The notes below the pieces were generated by a model, which was given only the letters and a program-made list of their open reading frames with translations, ran no database searches and was not told where the DNA came from. This document shows positions 59,046-64,000 of a stretch of DNA of 64,000 nucleotides, piece by piece; position 1 is the first letter of the stretch, and every line of letters begins with the position of its first letter. The position numbers were made by a program, and so were the translations under genes. Origin of the DNA: an uncultured Lachnospiraceae bacterium. GTDB lineage: Bacteria > Bacillota > Clostridia > Lachnospirales > Lachnospiraceae. The stretch spans positions 4,490 to 68,489 of the forward strand of contig CANSPM010000011.1 in assembly GCA_947648875.1 (NCBI GenBank), given 5' to 3'.

Positions 59046-60977
59046 ATGGCTAAAGAAGATACAAATTACGGGGCGTCCAGCATTACTGTACTGGAAGGGC
59101 TGGAGGCCGTTCGGAAGCGTCCGGGCATGTATATTGGCAGTGTGTCCACAAAGGGATTAAACCATTTGATCTATGAGATCGTGGACAATTCCGTGGACGA
59201 GCATCTGGCGGGGTATTGCGACACCATCCGGGTGATTTTGGAGGCGGACGGCTCCGCCACTGTCAGCGACAACGGCAGAGGTATCCCTGTGGGGATGCAC
59301 GAAAAAGGCATAAGCGCGGAGCGGCTGGTTTTTACCACGCTGCATGCCGGGGGAAAGTTTGACAATAATGCCTATAAGACCAGCGGCGGTCTTCACGGGG
59401 TGGGTTCCTCGGTGGTCAACGCTCTCTCCAATCGATTGACTGTTACAGTCAAAGTAGGGGGATGCGTCTATCAGGATCAATATGAGAAAGGTCTGCCGGT
59501 GACAGAACTGGAAAACGGGCTTCTTCCCATCATCGGCAAGACCAGAGAGACGGGAACCACTATCAATTTTCTGCCGGATGACACCATATTTGACAAGACC
59601 CGTTTTAAAGAAGATGAAGTTAAGAGCAGACTTCATGAGACGGCTTATCTGAACCCGGAACTTACCATTATTTTTGAGGACCGGCGCCGGGAGGAACCGG
59701 AGCAGGTTACCTTTCATGAGCCCGAGGGGATCACAGGCTTTATTAAGGATATGAACAAAGGAGATGAACCCGTACATGAATGTATTTATTTTAAGGGCGA
59801 ATCTGAGGATATAGTGGTGGAGGTGGCCTTTCAGTATGTGAATGAGTTTCATGAGAATGTGCTGGGTTTCTGCAACAATATCTATAACTCCGAGGGCGGA
59901 ACGCATCTGACAGGCTTTAAGACCCAGTTCACCAATGTGATTAATACCTATGCACGGGAACTGGGGATTCTGAAAGAAAAGGATGTAAATTTCACCGGAG
60001 CGGATGTGCGCAACGGTATGACGGCGGTGGTGTCCATCAAGCACCCGGATCCCCGTTTTGAGGGACAGACCAAGACCAAGCTGGATAATCAGGACGCTGC
60101 CAAGGTGGTGGCGAAGGTGACCGGGGAGGAGATCGTCCGGTATTTTGACCGAAATCTGGAAGTTTTGAAAAATATCATCGGCTGTGCGGAGAAAGCGGCC
60201 AAAATTCGCAAGACGGAGGAGAAAGCCAGAACCAATATGCTGACCAAACAGAAGTTTTCCTTTGATTCTAACGGAAAACTGGCTAACTGTGAGTCAAAAG
60301 ATCCCTCCAAATGCGAGATTTTTATTGTGGAGGGAGACTCCGCAGGGGGCAGCGCCAAGACGGCCCGGGACCGCAGTTTTCAGGCAATCCTGCCCATCCG
60401 GGGAAAGATTTTGAACGTGGAGAAAGCCAGCATCGACAAGGTGCTGGCCAACGCGGAAATAAAGACCATGATCAATGCCTTCGGATGCGGTTTTTCCGAG
60501 GGGTATGGGAATGATTTTGATATCTCGAAGCTGCGGTATGACAAGATTATCATTATGACGGATGCGGATGTGGACGGTTCTCATATATCCATGCTGCTTT
60601 TGACGCTGTTCTACCGCTTTATGCCGGAATTAATCTACGAGGGACATGTGTATCTGGCCATGCCGCCTCTGTATAAGGCCATGCCTTCCAAGGGCAAAGA
60701 AGAATACCTCTACGATGACAAGGCGCTGGAGCGATACCGCAAACGGCATAAAGGTCCGTTTACCTTGCAGCGTTACAAAGGCTTGGGAGAGATGGACGCC
60801 CAGCAGTTGTGGGAGACCACGTTGGACCCAGCTACCCGGATGATGAAGCGGGTGGAAATCGAGGACGCAAGGCTGGCCACGGATTTGACCAGTACGCTGA
60901 TGGGCACGGATGTGCCGCCCCGGCGGGCCTTTATATACGATCATGCCACGGACGCGGAACTGGATTACAATGCGTAA
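59046..60977 (+). CDS. parE: Type IIA topoisomerase ATPase subunit (GyrB/ParE family; ParE favoured by context)
   Basis: 643 aa. 'VLEGLEAVRKRPGMYIGS', Toprim 'EIFIVEGDSAGGSAK' and 'QRYKGLGEM' are present. It is not next to dnaA/dnaN/recF, and the partner A subunit lacks a GyrA box where one would be expected. Confidence 0.85.
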   Translation: MAKEDTNYGASSITVLEGLEAVRKRPGMYIGSVSTKGLNHLIYEIVDNSVDEHLAGYCDTIRVILEADGSATVSDNGRGIPVGMHEKGISAERLVFTTLHAGGKFDNNAYKTSGGLHGVGSSVVNALSNRLTVTVKVGGCVYQDQYEKGLPVTELENGLLPIIGKTRETGTTINFLPDDTIFDKTRFKEDEVKSRLHETAYLNPELTIIFEDRRREEPEQVTFHEPEGITGFIKDMNKGDEPVHECIYFKGESEDIVVEVAFQYVNEFHENVLGFCNNIYNSEGGTHLTGFKTQFTNVINTYARELGILKEKDVNFTGADVRNGMTAVVSIKHPDPRFEGQTKTKLDNQDAAKVVAKVTGEEIVRYFDRNLEVLKNIIGCAEKAAKIRKTEEKARTNMLTKQKFSFDSNGKLANCESKDPSKCEIFIVEGDSAGGSAKTARDRSFQAILPIRGKILNVEKASIDKVLANAEIKTMINAFGCGFSEGYGNDFDISKLRYDKIIIMTDADVDGSHISMLLLTLFYRFMPELIYEGHVYLAMPPLYKAMPSKGKEEYLYDDKALERYRKRHKGPFTLQRYKGLGEMDAQQLWETTLDPATRMMKRVEIEDARLATDLTSTLMGTDVPPRRAFIYDHATDAELDYNA

Positions 60978-61294
60978 ACGCATTATTTTAGCGGTCTTGA
61001 GTATGGCGGGAGGAGAGTTCCGTGAACGTCTCCGGTGAGAAAGAACCCGGAATGGTTTCCTGCCGGATCCGTGGTCAAAGCGTTGCAGCGCAGATGTGTC
61101 CGGGAGGACATGCGCAGGTGATGGCTGTTATGTCGTTTTTACAGAGAGCGGCGCGCAATCATACTGTCCAAATACGGGAGAGGGTAATCACATGCAGGAG
61201 CCGGAAAAGTACTGCGTGAAAACAATGAAGCCGGATATTATCCGGTGGTTCAGTCAAAAGAGAACGGAGTGCTTATTGGGGCTAGTTTTTTTGT

Positions 61295-61323
61295 TTGTGG
61301 ATACAGGGTTCCTGTGATATAAT
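61295..61323 (+). promoter_or_regulatory. SigA-type promoter of the isochorismatase-family gene
   Basis: TTGTGG (61295-61300), 17-nt spacer, extended -10 TGaTATAAT (61315-61323). Confidence 0.5.
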
Positions 61324-61396
61324 GGGCATGATTCCACTGGACAAAATATGCGTTCAGGGGAACGAAAACAGGACCTGCTATGACGGAGGATGGGAA

Positions 61397-61945
61397 ATGA
61401 TTTTACTGGTAATTGACACCCAAAAGGGCATAACCGACGAAAGGCTTTACGCATTTGACAGACTTAGAAAAAATATCAAAACGCTGCTTGCTACAGCAAG
61501 AGAAAACAGCGTGGAGGTGGTGTACGTCAGGCACGACGACGGCCCCGGCACAGGGTTTTCTGTGGGAGACGAAGAGTTCGAGATCTTTGAAGAGTTTGCC
61601 CCCAGAGAGGGGGAGCGCATTTTTGACAAGACAGTAAACAGCGCGCTGCACAGCTCCACAGGTCTGGCGAAATATCTGGACAGCAAGGCCCAGCGGCAGA
61701 TTATGGTGGTGGGCTTACAGACCAACTTCTGCATAGATGCCACCATCAAGACCGGATTTGATCTCGGTTATGAGATCTTTGTGCCAGAGTATGCCAATTC
61801 CACATTTGACAATGACTATATGAACAGGGATGTCTGTTATCACTATTATAACGATTTTATCTGGCCGCAGAGATACGCGCGGCGCGTTACCATGGAGGAG
61901 GCGGTGAACAGACTGAAGGCAGGCGTATCCGGGGAACATCATTAA
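61397..61945 (+). CDS. Isochorismatase-family cysteine hydrolase
   Basis: ATG at 61397 follows GGAGGA. 'LLVIDTQKG', 'VVYVRHDD' and 'GLQTNFCIDATI' (catalytic Cys) are present. Confidence 0.85.
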   Translation: MILLVIDTQKGITDERLYAFDRLRKNIKTLLATARENSVEVVYVRHDDGPGTGFSVGDEEFEIFEEFAPREGERIFDKTVNSALHSSTGLAKYLDSKAQRQIMVVGLQTNFCIDATIKTGFDLGYEIFVPEYANSTFDNDYMNRDVCYHYYNDFIWPQRYARRVTMEEAVNRLKAGVSGEHH

Positions 61946-62267
61946 TCAATAGGAGTTCCGTAATTCTTCCTGTAAAAAAGGAGGACAGTATTCAAAGTAC
62001 CGGCCCTGATATTTGATAGTACCGGGGGAGTCGAGGAGTATGGCAAAGTTTAGAAACCGTCAGTATAGATCGGAGGTGCCAGATGGGGATCTGTCTGAAT
62101 CCTGGAAACGATAGCTCCACAGAGGCCATTTGCCCGGAGATTTATTGCTGGTGGGAATAAACTATGACAGGAAGAGTAAAGAGAAGCCCCATAGCTGCGT
62201 GATTGAGAAAATGGTTCTTTAAACAGACAGGAATTGGGTATGAAATCATTTTGGAAAAGAGGGCAAA

Positions 62268-64000
62268 ATGGAAGACAATAGCAGAATCATCAGAACAGAA
62301 TACTCGGAGGAGATGCAGAAGTCCTTTATTGATTATGCCATGAGCGTAATCATTGCCAGGGCGCTGCCGGACGTGCGGGACGGACTCAAGCCCGTGCAGC
62401 GCAGGACCCTCTACGACATGCACGAGCTGGGCATACGGTATGACAAACCCTATCGTAAAAGCGCCCGTATCGTAGGTGACACCATGGGTAAATACCATCC
62501 CCACGGAGACAGTTCCATCTATGATTCTCTGGTGGTCATGAGCCAGGATTTCAAGAAGGGAATGCCCCTCATCGACGGCCACGGCAACTTCGGCAACATC
62601 GAGGGAGACGGGGCCGCCGCCATGCGTTACACCGAAGCCAGACTCCAGAAAGTCACTCAGGAGGCGTTTCTGGCAGATCTGGACAAGGATGTGGTGGACT
62701 TCATGCCCAATTTTGACGAGACGGAGAAGGAGCCCACGGTGTTGCCTGTGAAGATTCCCAATTTCCTGGTGAACGGTTCCGAAGGCATCGCCGTAGGTAT
62801 GGCCACCAGCACCCCGCCTCACAATCTGGGAGAGGTCATAGACGCCATGAAAGCCTATATGCTGGATGAGAACATCACTACCAGAGAATTGATGCGCCAC
62901 ATTAAGGGGCCGGACTTCCCCACCGGGGGAATTGTGACCAACAAGGACGAACTGCTGGAAATCTACGAGACCGGCACAGGCAAGATCAAAATCCGCGGCA
63001 AAGTGGAGTTCGAGAAATCCAAGGGTGGCAAGACCAATGTGGTCATCACGGAGATTCCCTACCCCATGATCGGTATGAACATCTCAAAGTTTCTGATGGA
63101 TGTGGCGGCGCTGGCGGAGAACAAAAAGACCCAGGACATCGTGGACATATCCAACCAGTCCTCCAAGGAGGGCATTCGGATTGTCATTGAACTGCGCAAG
63201 GACGCGGACCCGGAGAACTTTGTGAATCTGCTCTACAAAAAGACCCGTCTGGAGGACACTTTCGGCGTCAATATGCTGGCAATCTATAACGGCAGGCCGG
63301 AAACGCTGGGGTTAAAAGCGGTTCTGAAAGCAGTGGTTGATTTTCAATATGAAGTGGCTACCCGCAAATACACGAACCTGTTGGCCAAAGAGTTGGACCG
63401 CAAAGAAGTGCAGGAGGGCCTGATCAAGGCCTGTAATGTCATTGATCTGATCATCGAGATCCTGCGGGGCTCCAAGGACCGGGCCATGGCAAAGGACTGC
63501 CTGGTAAGCGGCAAAGTGGAGGGTATCAAATTCAAATCCAAGGAGTCCAAAATTATGGCGTCCCAGCTCATGTTCTCCGAAAAGCAGGCAAACGCCATTC
63601 TGGAGATGCGCCTGTATAAGCTGATCGGCCTGGAGATCGAGGCTCTGATCAACGAACATGAGGAGACCATGGCAAATATTTATCGCTATGAGGACATTCT
63701 GGCCCGCCGGGATTCCATGGCCCAGGTCATCATGAACGAGCTGGAGGAGATCAAGCGGGAATATGGCCGAAAGCGCCGCACCGCCATTGAAAACGCCCAG
63801 GAGGCCGTCTATAAGGAAAAAGAGATTGAAGAGATGGAGATCATGTTCCTGATGGATCGTTTCGGCTATGCCAAGACGGTAGATATAGCCACCTACGAGC
63901 GCAACAAAGACGCTGCGGACGCTGAGAACAAATACATCTTCAAATGCAAAAATACCGGCAAGGTATGCCTGTTTACCGATATCGGCCAGCTTCATACCAT
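62268..64000 (+). CDS. parC: Type IIA topoisomerase A subunit (GyrA/ParC family; ParC favoured), 5' part; runs off the window
   Basis: It is absent from the ORF track because there is no stop in the window. ATG at 62268 gives '[46 protein letters not shown]' and the catalytic-Tyr motif '[10 protein letters not shown]'. The region '...[24 protein letters not shown]' shows no QRRGGKG GyrA box. Confidence 0.9.
   Translation, partial: MEDNSRIIRTEYSEEMQKSFIDYAMSVIIARALPDVRDGLKPVQRRTLYDMHELGIRYDKPYRKSARIVGDTMGKYHPHGDSSIYDSLVVMSQDFKKGMPLIDGHGNFGNIEGDGAAAMRYTEARLQKVTQEAFLADLDKDVVDFMPNFDETEKEPTVLPVKIPNFLVNGSEGIAVGMATSTPPHNLGEVIDAMKAYMLDENITTRELMRHIKGPDFPTGGIVTNKDELLEIYETGTGKIKIRGKVEFEKSKGGKTNVVITEIPYPMIGMNISKFLMDVAALAENKKTQDIVDISNQSSKEGIRIVIELRKDADPENFVNLLYKKTRLEDTFGVNMLAIYNGRPETLGLKAVLKAVVDFQYEVATRKYTNLLAKELDRKEVQEGLIKACNVIDLIIEILRGSKDRAMAKDCLVSGKVEGIKFKSKESKIMASQLMFSEKQANAILEMRLYKLIGLEIEALINEHEETMANIYRYEDILARRDSMAQVIMNELEEIKREYGRKRRTAIENAQEAVYKEKEIEEMEIMFLMDRFGYAKTVDIATYERNKDAADAENKYIFKCKNTGKVCLFTDIGQLHT

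Noticed and set aside
62142-63995. Minus-strand ORFs of 252 and 227 aa, the only ORFs listed by the track for this region
   Set aside because: The + strand frame from ATG 62268 encodes a textbook GyrA/ParC N-terminus and runs off the window without a stop, which is why the track omits it. The minus-strand ORFs are its shadows.

Overview
This is a 64-kb chromosomal segment that looks like a spore-forming Clostridia genome, probably Lachnospiraceae-like. That judgement rests on protein similarity patterns and the presence of ytfI/ytfJ, SpoVB-like and BofC-like genes. I call 54 protein-coding genes, 50 of them on the + strand. Most are housekeeping: phoH-ybeY, proB/proA, pepT, miaB, metH, ilvB-ilvN-ilvN-ilvC, leuCD, ruvAB, zapA, rpmB, asp23-fakA-recG-degV, and a ParE/ParC-type topoisomerase pair. 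I did not recognise any rRNA, tRNA, CRISPR array, transposase, integrase or prophage gene. The less ordinary content is listed here. (1) A tandem pair of ~780-aa lipoproteins fuses an unrecognised N-terminal domain to an orphan solute-binding domain, and the pair is divergent from a TldD/TldE-like protease pair. (2) A co-directional cluster encodes a small beta-rich protein, DedA, a GT4 glycosyltransferase and a two-component system. (3) A Fur-family regulator carries a perfect 7-1-7 box on its own promoter and sits in front of a cytoplasmic chemoreceptor with a C-terminal CZB zinc-binding domain. (4) An exact 20-nt direct repeat lies in the asp23/fakA leader. (5) The MATE-transporter leader is highly structured. 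(6) The parE and parC genes are split by an isochorismatase-family gene. (7) There are orphan SUFU-like and unknown small acidic proteins. Many long antisense shadow ORFs in the six-frame track are rejected. All family assignments come from reading motifs by eye; no database search was run.
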